In this document: positions 40,528-53,064 of the stretch, piece after piece
Layout of the letters: every line of letters begins with the position of its first letter
How positions within the stretch are numbered: the stretch's first letter is position 1
Assembly (NCBI GenBank): GCA_001244265.2
Contig: CDLV01000007.1
Location: 1,364,001 to 1,428,000 of the forward strand
Direction of reading: 5' to 3'
Source: Microbotryum violaceum
Taxonomy: Eukaryota
Length of the DNA stretch: 64,000 bases
The notes under the pieces: model-generated
The model's database searches: none
Told to the model about the DNA's origin: nothing
The model's input: only the letters and a program-made list of their open reading frames with translations
Made by a program: the position numbers and the translations under genes

Positions 40528-42575
40528 TTTTTTATTTGTTTGATAGACTTCATTAACAGCATAATTACATTAATACCTAGAAATCTTCGGAAAAGTCGGA
40601 GGGAATGCTGTTACGCACACTGGCAGAAGCCAGTAGTGTAGGACTCGTTGACCCTGAACCAGGATCAACCATACCCACTAAAACCCCCTTTGGTGTCTTA
40701 CAGAGACACTAGGCGACCCTTGGACTCCTGGATAGAGGCTCAAAGCCCCTCGAACTCCGTTTCGGTGATCGGTTCCAAAAGATCCGACGAGAATCGACGA
40801 CGGCGACAGAGCTTCCAGATCGAGTGAAAGAAGAGGACTCGTAGTTCGACAAGTCGACGTTCCGAGCGAGACACGACCGGGCATACAAAGTCCACAAAGA
40901 CCGTGACTGGGTGGGGGTCGGGGACAGAGCAGACCAGAGACGCCGGGCCAAAGGGGCAGCCGACCGCGAGGTGGGCCAGGCACTCGGGTGCTTCCGAGAG
41001 GCACATCATACAGGAGGCAGATCGATTGTTGGGGTGCGGGCTGGTTGGGGAGGCGACTCGGCTGCCCGGATGGAGGGACCCCAGGGAGAGAAGGTGGCCG
41101 GTATCCTCGGCGTCCGAGCGAACCCGGTCGAACCCGGTGAACCTTGCGCAAAGCCTTCCAACGTTGCTCAGGCAGATCGAATACCTTCTGGTGTTCCTTG
41201 GGGAAGATATGAGGGAAGATGAAGACTTGGTGGCGTTTGGACGGGTTCACAAACGAAGACGGGGTCATCACCTCGCCATCGGGCCCTCGAAAAAGCGTCG
41301 GGTTTACCGAGAGTTGTATTCTGTGGCCCGCTGGGAAGTAGAGTACATGCGTCGCCCATTGCTCGAGGTTCTGGCTCTTGGAGAGTTCCGAGGGGTTGGG
41401 CGTGATCACCGACGCCCAGGCTTCGAAGTATCGGACCCAACGAGCAGGAAGAAGTTTTGTCGTTTTTCTCACCGCATGGTCCCACTTTGGGTGATGATGG
41501 CAAAAGTATGCCCACCAGATCCAAATCCAAGGGCAACGATGCTGGTTGGGGGCCGGTCTGGACAAGGTGAAAGGGGTTGGTTCGTTTGGTGCCTGGAGGC
41601 GGATGCGGATGTCGAAGAGGTGGCGTGTGAAGCAGCCGTCCGTGGCCCGTAGCTGGAAGACCCACTTCGCGTGATCGATGCTAGACGCCGAGGCAGATCA
41701 ATCAAATCGAAGCCGCCGTGATCGAGAGGGGTGCAGAGGCGCGACCGGGAGACCTTCGGACGTCGCTGAGTACCATCCGAAGCTCGACCGTGAATGGCGA
41801 GCATGGCGGCCTCCTCGATCTCCTTGACAACGCTCTTGGGGGCGGGAGAAATCGGCTGTAGTACAGGATCTTTGTGTAGCAGTAGATGTTGATGATCGAA
41901 CACTTGGCTGCATATGGGAGATCGTACATCGGAACTGAGCGTATCCGAGCGACGGTCGAGGCCTTGACGTCTTCCCAGCCCGCATCCTCGGCGATCTCCA
42001 CCCCGACCTGAATACCAAGGTAGCGGAACTGCGAATCGCTGAGACGCCAGGTCCCGAGATCTGGGGCGATCGGTCGATCCCGAAAAGCTCCAATGGGGTA
42101 GAGGAAAGATTTGGCGTTGCTGAGCTTGCTGGCACTTGCCCGTTCGTAAAGCTCGATCGCCCGATTGAGGTGGTCGAGGTCCGAGAGGTTGTGGAGTGCG
42201 CAGCAAGCGTCGTCGGCAAAAAGGAGTTCGCGAACGTTTTGGAGGCCCGCAATATCGATGCCCTTGACTCTCAATCGAATCTGACAGGCAAAACCTTCGA
42301 TCGCCAGAACGAAGAGAGACGGAGCCAAAGGATCACCTTGCCGAACGCCCGACAGGATGTCGAAAGTGGCAGAGAGCCAACCGTTGAGGAAGATCGAGGC
42401 AGATTGGTTGGTGTAGGTCGCTCGGTACCATTAGCGGGCTTTGGGGCCGAGGCCAACGGCGCAGAGGACTGCATCAAGGTACGGGTGGGAAAGACGATCG
42501 TAAGCCTTTTCAAAGTCCATCACCGCTAGCATGCCAGACACGGGTGTTGAGCCCGGAAGTCTAGGGTCCATGAGA
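40528..42575 (-). mobile_element. 5'-truncated L1/Tx1-like non-LTR retrotransposon (ORF2 RT and C-terminal Cys/His region), inactivated
   Basis: LDFEKAYDRL, GVRQGDPLAPSLF, LLFADD, FRYLGI, GGFDL and a downstream CGLC motif. There is an in-frame stop near 42431, frameshifts, and an A-rich 3' tail near 40528-40545. Confidence 0.92.
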
Positions 42576-43149
42576 CGTTATAGCCCGCCCTGAAGCGAGA
42601 GCAAGCGCCGAAGTCCTTTTCCGAGACGGTCGTAGTACGTCCCGACAGGGATGGACCATCCATTGCAGCGTCGCGCCATACAAGCGGGGAGCCAACTCAA
42701 GCAAATGGCAAGTCTAATATGAGGGCATACGCCGCGAGTACTCAATGTGATACAATCAAGGTCCTTGGTCGTCAGCCTCCGAATCTCAATTGACGCGCTT
42801 TGCTGCGCTTTAGCAAGCCCGGAATAAAATCGGCTTGGCCACTCGCATCAGGCAACACGGATTCAAGGGTCAAGAGTTACATGTTTCGACATTAACGCAC
42901 CGCGGGGCGGCGATCAGTCCCTGGCAGGCTGAACCTCCCTCCACTGCAGTGCCCTGTATAAAGTCACAGTCACACTCACACAACCATGGCCCGAGGATAG
43001 GCAGTACCTCCTACTTAGCCGAAAGTGAATAACCACCACAAGACAAAGCTAGAGACTCTAACGACAAATCCACATTTCGTTCAAGAGCCAGCCGCGCGTC
43101 CGGAGGAGACTTCACGATCCTTGTCGGCGGCCTCTGCTCCGAAGTCATT

Positions 43150-44060
43150 GACGCATGTTCGGCTGACGAGCCCTGTATGTACGCAGTCGAACTTCTACAG
43201 AAGTACGAGCTAGTATCTCAACTGCGTGTTCCTGGCTGGGATCAGATTCCAGCTTTATGGCCTGCTCCCATCGCTGAGGCTGATCGGGTTTCACGGCCTG
43301 CTCTCATTCCCGAGCCTGGTGTGCCTTTACCGCCAGCGCGGCCTCAACTTCCTCGTTTTCGACGCGGACCATGGTGAGGTTGCTCCTATTCCTTTACCAG
43401 CTGGCGGACCGTTGGTCGAGGGGGTTGAAGACGAAAGAGGAGCCTATCGATCATCGACGTGAGGAGGCTGTTGAGGCTGTTAACAGTTACGAAGACGACG
43501 ACCCTGCGGAGCGTGATCCGCCTCTACCTCCTGACGATGGTCACGAGTACCGGCCTTATCGTGTCGGTCGCACCCCGGGCCTGCTCGAGAACATTAATGA
43601 GGGCAACACTCTACCGGTTCTCACGCGTGCTCAGCGTCGCGTCGCCGCCCTCAGTATTGTGTCCACGCGCAAGGTCCTTCGTCGTGAACCAGAGCTCATC
43701 GCGTCGGTTTCCACTCGTCATCCACCGCTTCCCAAGGCCTTCAAGGATGCGAGGGCTTCGACCGAGGCCGAGTCGTGGTACGCTGCGTCGGTCAAGGAAC
43801 TTAACTCCATGGGCTTGCTCAAGGTGTTCAAGTCTTCGAGTCCACTACTGGGGCCCGTGCCCTGGGCTATCGTTGGGTGTTTACTCGAAAGGAAGACGCT
43901 GAGGGTAACATCATCAGCTACAAGGCTCAGCTAGTCGTCCAAGGCTTTGCTCCACGACTGGGGATCGACTACAACAAGACGCTTGCTCTTGTCTCGTTGA
44001 TCACGACGATCTTGTTCGTCGTCCGCCTTCGTGCCGCTCGCGGACTGGTCCTGACTTCTC
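43150..44060 (+). mobile_element. Ty1/copia pol remnant (post-integrase linker and RT start)
   Basis: PKAFKDA...[12 protein letters not shown]...VF and [36 protein letters not shown] match the copia RT N-terminus. The sequence is frameshifted and truncated. Confidence 0.88.
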
Positions 44061-44215
44061 GGCGTCGCTGCCTCTCTTCTATCGGAAGTCTATCTTCCGC
44101 GCTCGCATGTTTTCTGCGATAGTTGTCAGTGACTGTAAAACGCAAGAAACCGAAACCGGCAGCAGTGAGCCGGTATAAGAGGTGTCTTTGCGATTTGTGG
44201 GCTTGAACTCACTAC

Positions 44216-44492
44216 TGTCATTCGTATATGGTCATAAGGGTGTTCCGTCCTCATCTGATTATCGTTCCTGTTATGGTACTTAGGATTGAGCCTAGCGGCG
44301 TGTCATTCACTCCTTGGTCACTCAATCTCCCTACTTTACTAGTATCTATTCTCTTTCCTTATTAGCTTTACGCTTCACTTTCTAGCCTTCCGCGAGTCTG
44401 TCTCCTAGTCTCTGGCCACTCTGTTCTCGTCCCTGTTCATTGGACTGAGTCGTGGTCATCATCAGATTCCACTTGAGAACATTTCTGCGACA
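44216..44492. mobile_element. Solo LTR, 277 bp, TG...CA, 5-bp TSD ACTAC
   Basis: actac|TGTCA...CGACA|actac; closely similar to 57979-58261. Confidence 0.92.
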
Positions 44493-45689
44493 ACTACCAT
44501 GACCTTCGGTGCTCGACAAGTCAATATTCAGCTCGGCGTCCATTGCTTGACAAGGGAGGCGATGACCCGCTTGGACTGAGTTGGACGGTCGGCGGGGGCG
44601 TGGTCTGGCATGTAATCTGCCGCACATCAGCTAAGGAAAGTACATCAGGCACATGCAATATGCACAAAATATGTATTCAAGAAGTACTCACGTCGTTCTG
44701 GCGGTGCACGCGAATCCTGAGGGCCACGAAGTTTAGGCGCCCGTGCCACTGCATCTGCCGGAGAACCTGTCCCTCCAAGCGCGAGCCTCGACGGTGCAGA
44801 CAAGCGCACACAGATCACCTTCACGGAGGATGGTGTGTGCAAATCGCCCGGGGTGCCCATGGACAGTCACGGGGAGTGGCGTCGGAGCTCCTTCGGCGCA
44901 CGTGCGACCGGTAAAAAGCCCCTCTCGGACATCCGCATAGAATCGATTGTAATCGGGCAGGTCAAGAAGGTTCTCCCAAGCGGTTCGCCCCCTGTGCATT
45001 TTCCCAATGACTGCGAACACGCTTGTCAGCCCAGTCATCAGATCCTGGAGCCTACAAAAGCAAAAATTTAAATTACTACTTACACCTTGGGAAGATCAAC
45101 TGGTGGTGGATGAAGACCACCTGCGGCTTCGCCGTTAGGCTTGGCATGTTGACTTCGATCGCTGGCCGGGCCGGGTGAGGATGAGAAAGGGGAAGGAGTC
45201 CGGCTTCTGCAACGGATTCAGATACTATCGCAGAAAATATGTGAGCGCGGAAGTAAAGCCTTCCGATAGGTGAGGGTGCACGACGCCGAGAAGTCAGGAC
45301 CACAATGTAGAGCGAGTGATGAGAAAGCTATCAAGAGTAAACAGCCGCGCGGGAAGAAAGCTCCGCGCGCTCCCTAACTTAAACAGATCAAACTCCAATA
45401 CCAAAGTGACTAATGACTAAACGCACGCGCATCCGCGCAGATACCACAGGCACAGACACATATCAAATGACAGATACAAGAGGTACCACGGCTTACATTG
45501 ACCGTTCCCCAAGTTCCACGCTGTTGCCGCATGTTCAGAAAACAAGCATCGCAACTTGGACTCCATGCCCTGAGTCGCAAGCGCCTCGGACGTCACGAGC
45601 TCGAGGCCGATCTCACGGATCAAATGCTGCGGCTGCTGTCTTTCCGGAGGCAAGTGCTCGAGACTGAACACACAAACGTGGCTCAACCA

Positions 45690-47081
45690 CTCCAACATTC
45701 GTTTCACCTTCCCTTGCCTCACAATCATCGGTCGACACTTATTTAGTCCGGTCAAATTAGCTTCAGCGCCGCAAAACAATACGCACACACTGTCGGCTAG
45801 TAATTGTTCGACTGACATCGGAAGAATGTCCGTGAACGCGACAGTATTCTGACTGAAGATTAAGGTATTTCCCCGAGTACACTTTTGCTGCGCCTTTAGG
45901 TCGCCAAACTTTGTAATCTTGTAGACGAATTTATGGGTGCGGGCCCGGGCAGTGACCACTGCAACACGCCACACGGCTTCGCCGAACCACGCAAGCTTCG
46001 TAGGCTGAGCGGTCCTCGGCCTCAGCTATACTCTTGCGTCCGCCCGGCTCCAAGCTGAGATCCGAGCTGAGATTTGTGCCGAATGGAATCAGTACTTCAC
46101 AGATTCCAATTTTCGAGTTTTCTGTTGCTTGGTTTGCTCTGAGAGGGTCTTCGGGCACGAGGCACAGTGGGTTGCGAAGAGCGTTCTCAAGTGCAGAGAT
46201 CGCGGCATCCTGGAGGTGCTCAAAGATGTTCATTTGCGCTCTGACTTGCGGCCTACAACGTATGATTTCGAGGAATTGCGTGCTGCAATCACTGATCCGC
46301 GTGGTCTACATTGGCGGAACGACCTAGAGGGCCAGCCCATCTACTTCGCCACGGATGAGTCTTCCGTCCACTGTACGCTTTGCCCCGGCTGTTATCAAAG
46401 TCTCTTTACCTGTAAAGCTGCGCTTACTAAGCCCGCTCGTTCATTGAATAATCGTCTTTACCGGGCCATCGATCATCTGCCTCCGGATGTCAAGGGTTGT
46501 TTCTCAGGTGCAAGTCAGCTCGAACTGAGCCGTGTGTCGTCGTCAGCGCGGCTGTCATTGTTGGTCGCCGCTCGTCGTCTGTTCTGAGTCGCATTCTCTG
46601 CCAATGCCCTTTCCTCTCGTTCACAAATCTCCTTGCTCAGTTCTGCTTGACATGACTCCAATGTTTTGTGCCGGTAGACCGTGTGGCGGGGTACGCAATG
46701 CCGTCTCGGGACCAGGATGTCATTGGCTGTGCTTCGCTTGAAGATGTAGCCGCTCTCACATGCTGGACAACTCTCAGTGCATGAAGACAATAAGATACGC
46801 AAAAACAGTTCCTTAGCCCTTGATTGCCGAAAAGAGTAGCCTTGCAAGTTGTGAGTCTGACAAATAATCTGCAGTCGTTCCAAACGAAGTTTGACATTGG
46901 ACAAGACGAGCTGTCGCAATGAGCACTTGATCACTAGATCGTCGTCAAGCGAATGTGAGGCAACAAATCTGTTCGGTCCATGATAAGTGTACTGTACTTG
47001 TTCGCCATGTTGGTAAGAGCGACTGCCTCTTGTCAAGCCAAGTTCCGAGATGCTGTGTAATGACTTGGCGTCGGGAGGCAC
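45690..47081 (-). mobile_element. Helitron2/Helentron-like remnant (DUF6570-like region) with an internally inverted segment 45970-46536
   Basis: The minus strand gives QKCTRGNTLIFSQ...ILP...DSVCVLFCG...PMIVRQGKVKRMLEWL. The preceding part (AEW...CLVC...CPGC...PARSLNNRLY...LP..V...F..AS.LE) lies on the plus strand. Confidence 0.6.
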
Positions 47082-47590
47082 GACTATGACACGTGAACTG
47101 GGAGATCAACATCGCCGCAGGGTGGGTGGACAGTGGACACAAATGCCACTTGATACCAATGACCAGTGTGTCGGACCGACTGAGCACCGTTCGTGACTGA
47201 TGAACTACTCCACGGTGGAGGAGGGCTGTACCATGAGCTACTGAGATGTTGATGTTCGCACACAGCTATCAGACGGGCCGAAACGCACGCCTAGGACTTT
47301 GCACTCCGTGCCTTTTTTTTATTCGCCGCCGTTCCGCGCCGGTCTGTGCAGGTCTGTGCCGGCTGGCTATAATGTTGAATGAGAATGAGAATTTGAATTC
47401 CAGCTAGTCTACAAAGAGACGACCCTTATCGGGCGCTGGACCACATTAACTGGGCTATCGCCTCTGACCTGACCTACGACTTCCAACCGCTCCCCTTACC
47501 CCGTTCGATACTGCAGCCAACACTGCTCCTTTGAGCTGCACTCTATCCATCCCTTCTTCCTCGGCTCTCACTATCTTCTCCTACGGGTTT

Positions 47591-47699
47591 CGTTGAGACC
47601 GTCGTCAATTTCCCAAACTCGCGACGCCTCCCAAGCCCCCCCCCCCCCCCCCCCCCCCCGGCGTTGAGATCGTCGTCAATTTCCCAAGCTCGCGGCGCC
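47591..47699. repeat. 38-bp imperfect direct repeat flanking a C24 homopolymer
   Basis: cgttgaga(c/t)cgtcgtcaatttcccaa(a/g)ctcgcg(a/g)cgcc at 47591-47628 and 47662-47699; the C-run spans 47636-47659. Confidence 0.9.
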
Positions 47700-47952
47700 G
47701 AATTTTTCTGGAACAAAGCTTCAGCTCTAAAGAGCTTCAGGGATCACGCTCGCGGTCGTCTGTTTCTGTTCTCTGACATCGAGCCTTCGACTGTCACGAT
47801 CACGACAACGACTGAAATGTTACTTGTCAACAAATCCGCGCAGGCGCACCTCGGGAGTTATGAACAACCTGGGGCTTTTTCGCATTGTATGTTTGTGATT
47901 GCTTTGAAATTACTTGTAACATTGGTTCCCACGATATGAACGACCCGAAAAT

Positions 47953-49203
47953 TTAGTGCGCGCCAACCTTGGCCTTCTCGGCGTAAGTCTCGGCGACGTA
48001 AGACAACTGCTTGAGGCCCTCGTGCCACTTGAACAGGGTCGGGAACTCCTTGGACACGTCCGTACCATCAGGGCCGAGACTTGCGGCGATGGCGAACTCG
48101 TTCCTAGAACGTACAGTAGGAAAATAAAATCAGTTGACTGAGAAGAACGAGAAAGGGGCGAGGCAAGGGCGAGGAGCAACTGACCAGGTGATGAAAGCGA
48201 GATCGGCGATCGTGACCTTGCCGCCAACGAGGTAGCCGCCCTTGGCCTCCTTCAAGAGCTCCTCCTGGACGCCGAGGACGCGTTTGACTTCATCCTTGTA
48301 GCGCTTGATGGCGTCTGTGGTGCGGTGAGGGTGGGATGATGGTGTCAGCATGGGTAGCGGGACAGGGGAACAGGAGCCCACTGCGCCGACTTACAAGGAA
48401 TCTTCTGGGGCGCAAACAGGAAGAAGTGTGCGGCTTGACCGTAGTAAGGACCTGAGAGCACGCAAAGGAGGGTGTCAGTGTATTGGAATTGTGCGAAAAC
48501 CGACGGTGCCGCGAGCACTGACCTTGGCCGGAGGCCTGGAAGAAGAGGAGCTGATTGAGCTGAGCCTTCTCCTTGGGGTCCGAGACGGTGAATTTGCCCT
48601 CCTTGTCGTCTTTTGGCCATGAAGTAGTAAAGAGGAGCATCAAAACAGGTCAGCATCTGCGCGTGTTCAAAAAGTTTGTGGGGGCCAACTCAGGCGACGT
48701 ACAAGTGTCAACGAGGTACAAAAGGATGGCCTTGGACTCCCAAACGACAAAGTCGCCGTTTTGGTGGTCAACGAGAGCCGGGATCTGTGTCGAGGAAAAG
48801 TGGTGATACTCCCGGTCAGTCACCTTTGCCGACTTCGGGATCCCCGAGGTGGAAGCTACTGACCCTGCCGTTCGGGTTGAGCTTGACAAAGTTGCTGGCC
48901 TTTTGCTCCCCCTTCGAGAAGTCGAGATACTTGGTCTCGTAAGACAGACCAAGAGCCCTGTCGAGGAGTAAGATGACCCAGAATTAGCATAGGCATGTAG
49001 GAGGACCATCCCCGACAAGGGCACTCACTTCAAGAGGAAAGCAACTGGTGGGGGACGACCGCGTGGTTTGCAGCGAGGACGTTTCAGTTATTGTGGGGCC
49101 GAAAGACTCGGTGCTGCATGAAAATCACATGATGTGACAATGACTCACCGGTCCATCCGTTAGGTCCACCCGTGTGCGAGTAGAGGGTGAATTGAGCAGG
49201 CAT
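47953..49203 (-). CDS. Glutathione S-transferase, Ure2p/Nu-like class, multi-exon
   Basis: FTLYSHTGGPNGW, LNPNGR|IPALVD, VWESKAILLYL, LFFQASGQG|PYYGQA and YLVGGKVTIADL. Confidence 0.93.
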
Positions 49204-49927
49204 GGTCGAGTTTTAATATGCGCGAGGAAGTTGAGAGAGGTGATGGAATCAGAAGGAAGAAAGCAATCGAAGTGCCAAAGGGGGGGGTGCCCCACATCGA
49301 CCCTCGCCTTGGGCTGCATTGGGGCCGACGGACTATCAGGCCTACAACGTTGTAGCTGACAAATCGCGCGCAATTGCTCGTACCCGAATGCGCCACATTG
49401 CGTAAGCAAGTTCGCTGTGGTCAAAGCCGTTGGAGCGAACGGTTTGCCAAACGCGGCGGCCGGTCGGAGCGGCATTGGATCTGATCACGTCAGCACCTCT
49501 TCGCCTGTGCGCATGAGGTCATTGGTCACCACGTCAGCAGCGACGTTGATTGCGAATGCCTACGTGTGCAGGAAGGAGGTTTTGACGGCACGTGTACATG
49601 ATCAAATACGTTGCAAGCACCTGTGAAGTAGTAGAATAGATAGATTCATCGTATAGATCCTGCTGTGAGTTTGCCAACCAAGTCGACTCCCGTGGACGAT
49701 TTTCACCGTCGATCGTATTACTCGGACGGCGACCGTTGCGCGGATCCAGCGAGGCTCATACAGGTCCGTAGTCAATCGCGGGAATGACATTAGTGGCACA
49801 ATAGACACAATGATGAGAGAGTACCTAATACGACAAGCAGAGACACCGATTGGACAAGTCTTAGAGCTCGAGCCGGCATCGAATCGAGTGGCAAAATCAT
49901 CGATCGAGCTGCTGCAACTAGGCAAGC

Positions 49928-50516
49928 TCAGAGTTTGAACGCGATAATCAAAATTAGTAGCAAGACGACAAGACCTATGATGAGACCTGTTGAACCCGTC
50001 TCCTTGGCCTTCCGAGTGAACTGGTTCAATCTCCCGCTCGCGCGACGGAGGCCAATCTGCGTTCGGTCGATGGCTGAATCGGTTTCGTCGAGCAGACCTG
50101 ACTGTAGTTCGAGTTCGGAGGAAATGTGCTGTGAAAGCGAGTGTTGCCGTGCTATCGCTGAGGATAAAGAGTTGAGAGTCTCATCTTGATCTGGTGGAGC
50201 GCCCAGGGGCTCAGGTCAGCATCTTGCCCGCTGGCTGTCCACTCTGCGACGGGATTGAAAAGCACCTTCGATCATACGTTTCTGCATCTGTACCACTTCA
50301 GCGTTCGCTCTCCGCAGTGTCTCTTCGTCCTCTTCCATCTGCTCGAGTTCGCTTTCCGGATTCGGCGGGAACTTGATCGCGACGTGAGGATTTCTTGCCG
50401 AGGAGAGGGTATGCAGGGCTACTCCGGATCTAGAAGCGCGGCAGAGGACGGGTCAGACATGAGTTGACGTAACACATGGCCATCGAGGGGGACTCACTGA
50501 TTGGGCGAGAGAGCTC

Positions 50517-50557
<41 letters not shown>

Positions 50558-51006
50558 CCTTGGTCGTCGCTGCGCTCGTCGTCGGAATCGCCGTCGTCAC
50601 CCAGTCCGAATGGCTCGTCACTGCCGTCGTTTCCCGCATCAACGAGCTTGCCCGTCTTGCTCCTGGTCCTGTTCTTGCCCTTGCCCTTACTCTTGCCTTT
50701 ACTCTTGCCCTTGCCCTTTTGCCCATCAAACTCGACCTCGACGCCGAGCGGTTCGACGAGCTTGATCAGGCGTTGGTACTGGCTTTTGAGCTCGGTCATG
50801 ACCTGCGGCGACTCCGAGTCCTGGCCATCGAGGAGCTCGATTCCTCTGTAGAGCTGTGATAGGTTCTTGGAGATGGTCGATGAGAGCGAGGTCGAAGGCA
50901 GGGACAGTTGGGCTGCTCGTGTGAGTTCGAGAATCTGCGACAGCGTCGACGTCGCTAGCGACGATAATCGAGCCGCGGACGGGATCGTCGACGAGGGAGG
51001 CGCCAT
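49928..51006 (-). CDS. SYN8: Qc-SNARE, syntaxin-8/Syn8-like, multi-exon
   Basis: N-terminal RLSSLATSTLSQILE helical bundle, acidic linker, SNARE coil DQDETLNSLSSAIARQHSLSQHISSELELQSGLLDE and a C-terminal hydrophobic anchor. Confidence 0.8.
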
Positions 51007-51170
51007 ATTGACTCGGATCCGGGCTTGAACGAGCTGATGTCAGCGGATGTGTAGCTGTGTGGGGGGCGTTTGATAGCGGGTACGGCAGAGCGGGCAGAGT
51101 GGTGAGGCGACGCCCAAAAGAGGCTTAAAGCGGGGGGAGCGGAGGTCGATCTGATTCGAGGCGCCACGGT

Positions 51171-51405
51171 AGTGACAGTGACCTGCAGTGACAGTGACCT
51201 GCAGTGACAGTGACCTGCAGTGACAGTGACCTGCAGTGACAGTGACCTGCAGTGACAGTGACCTGCAGTGACAGTGACCTGCAGTGACAGTGACCTGCAG
51301 TGACAGTGACCTGCAGTGACAGTGACCTGCAGTGACAGTGACCTGCAGTGACAGTGACCTGCAGTGACAGTGACCTGCAGTGACAGTGACCTGCAGTGAC
51401 TGCAG
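51171..51405. repeat. Perfect 16-bp minisatellite (AGTGACAGTGACCTGC) x about 14
   Basis: Direct reading; it lies between the divergent SYN8 and MOSC starts. Confidence 0.97.
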
Positions 51406-51617
51406 TGCTCTCTGATAGCACTCTCTTGCGCTCCTAGTCCGCTCCTTGCTCCGTCTGGTATCTTGTATCTAGTAGCAGTCGAAGCCGCAGCCTACAACGA
51501 CTCTCAGAGCTCTCCACAAGCCATCCTACAAGTCAAGAATCCCGTAGGACCCTCATTCACCGATCGTCTCGCGTCCTGCAGCTGCTGCAGCCTGTGACTG
51601 GGTCGAGCGGCGCGGTC

Positions 51618-53064
51618 ATGGTCGAGAAAAGGATCGTCGTCACAGACCTGTGGATCTTCCCCATCAAGAGCTGCAAGGGCACGCAGCTCAAGGAGAGTGG
51701 ATACAGCGAAACAGGGCTGGATGCAAGTAGGCGTCGCTTTCACTACTTCGTGGGAGCCCGTCGCTGATCCAGACTATCTTATCTGCCTGTGCTTCGAATC
51801 CGCCTCCCCCCACATCGTCTGCGATCAGTACGACCGCCAATGGATGATCGGTCAGTCCCAAGCCAAGCGATTTGCTTTGGTCCACTCGATAAAGATGATC
51901 TGATTGGTATGACTGGCCTTTTTTTTCGCAGTCGAAGAACGCTCGCATCGCTTCTTGACCGCTCGCAACATTCCTCGAGTCAGTCTCTGGGAGGTCGGCC
52001 TTGGAATCCGCGCTTCTTCCGTCGGCTGACCAAAGAAATGAACGGCTCCAACATAGATGGTGCTTATCCACCCAAAAATCAACTCTACAACACTTCAAGT
52101 TGACGTGCCCGCTTGGGGCGACAGCCCTTCTTCGTCCCACTGGATCCCACTCGACTTGCCCTCATCCATTACCGACGAGGATCTCTTGACCGACGTGCAA
52201 ATCTGGGGGTCGTCCAACACCGCCTACAGCGTCGGGACGCCAGAGCTCAACGCTGCTCTGAGTGGCTTCATGGGTAAGCCCGTGTTGCTCGTTCGAAAGG
52301 GCGACGAGCCGAGGCTCACGGCGGGTGGGGAAATCGTCGAGACGCTCAGCGAGGTCAAGATGGACTACGAGGGTGGAAGCACGATAAAATGGAGCGACCA
52401 GTTCCCCGTCTTGCTCGTTTCCGAAGCCTCGCGGAGGGATGTCGAGAAGCATGTGCTCAAACAAGGGTATGGGAAAGAGAATCAGAGATGGTCGGAGCGG
52501 GGGATCCAGGAGCAACCGCTTGAAATCCTGAGATGGAGGGGCAACGTCATCGTCGATGGCGCCGATGCTTGGGAAGAGGATGGATGGAACGAGATTCGAT
52601 TCGAGGGTAGAGAGCAGAGCGAGACGATGAATGTTGCTACACGATGCGCCAGGTGCATGGTCAGTCCCCTCCCCCCCTTCCCCCGGGGTCCCTGTCACGC
52701 TGAAGGTTCTCGCGCTAATGAGGTTACCCGACAACGACGCATTGCTATAGCTTCCAAATGTTGACCCCGAGACGGGAGTAAGAGACAAGTCGGTCCCTGA
52801 CAAGGTAAGGAGGGGCGTGCTTGCGCAGATGAGATGTATCGAGTCGACTCAACAGTTGACGATCTCTTTTTGTTGCAGCCCCTACGACTGTTTCGAGAAG
52901 GAATCTGGCCCATTTTTGCCCAAAAGACTTTCTTCGGCGTCAACCTTGTGCCACGAACAGCACGAGGTACCCTCCGCGTGGGGGACCAAGTTGTCGTGGT
53001 CAAGGCATTCTCGCCCAAGGACGATCACGAACACCAGTACGAGAGGCCCGAGGATCAGATGTAG
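51618..53064 (+). CDS. MOSC-domain protein (mARC-like), multi-exon
   Basis: LWIFPIKSCKG, YDRQWMI, FLTARNIP, SDQFPVLLVSEAS, RWRGNVIVDG.DAWEED.W, CARC and FFGVNL...GTLRVGD. Confidence 0.9.

Noticed and set aside
42576-43063. Possible LTR (CGTTA...TAACG, TATA-like motif) between the LINE and the copia remnant
   Set aside because: The ends are not TG...CA, and there is no TSD or second copy in the window; it cannot be supported.
44500-45300. Minus-strand ORF fragments next to the DUF6570 remnant
   Set aside because: They may be a TE accessory gene, but no family is recognisable and the model cannot be spliced confidently.
51125-51421. Cys/His-rich repeat protein ORF (TAGHCHCRSLSLQV)n
   Set aside because: It is merely the translation of the 16-bp minisatellite.
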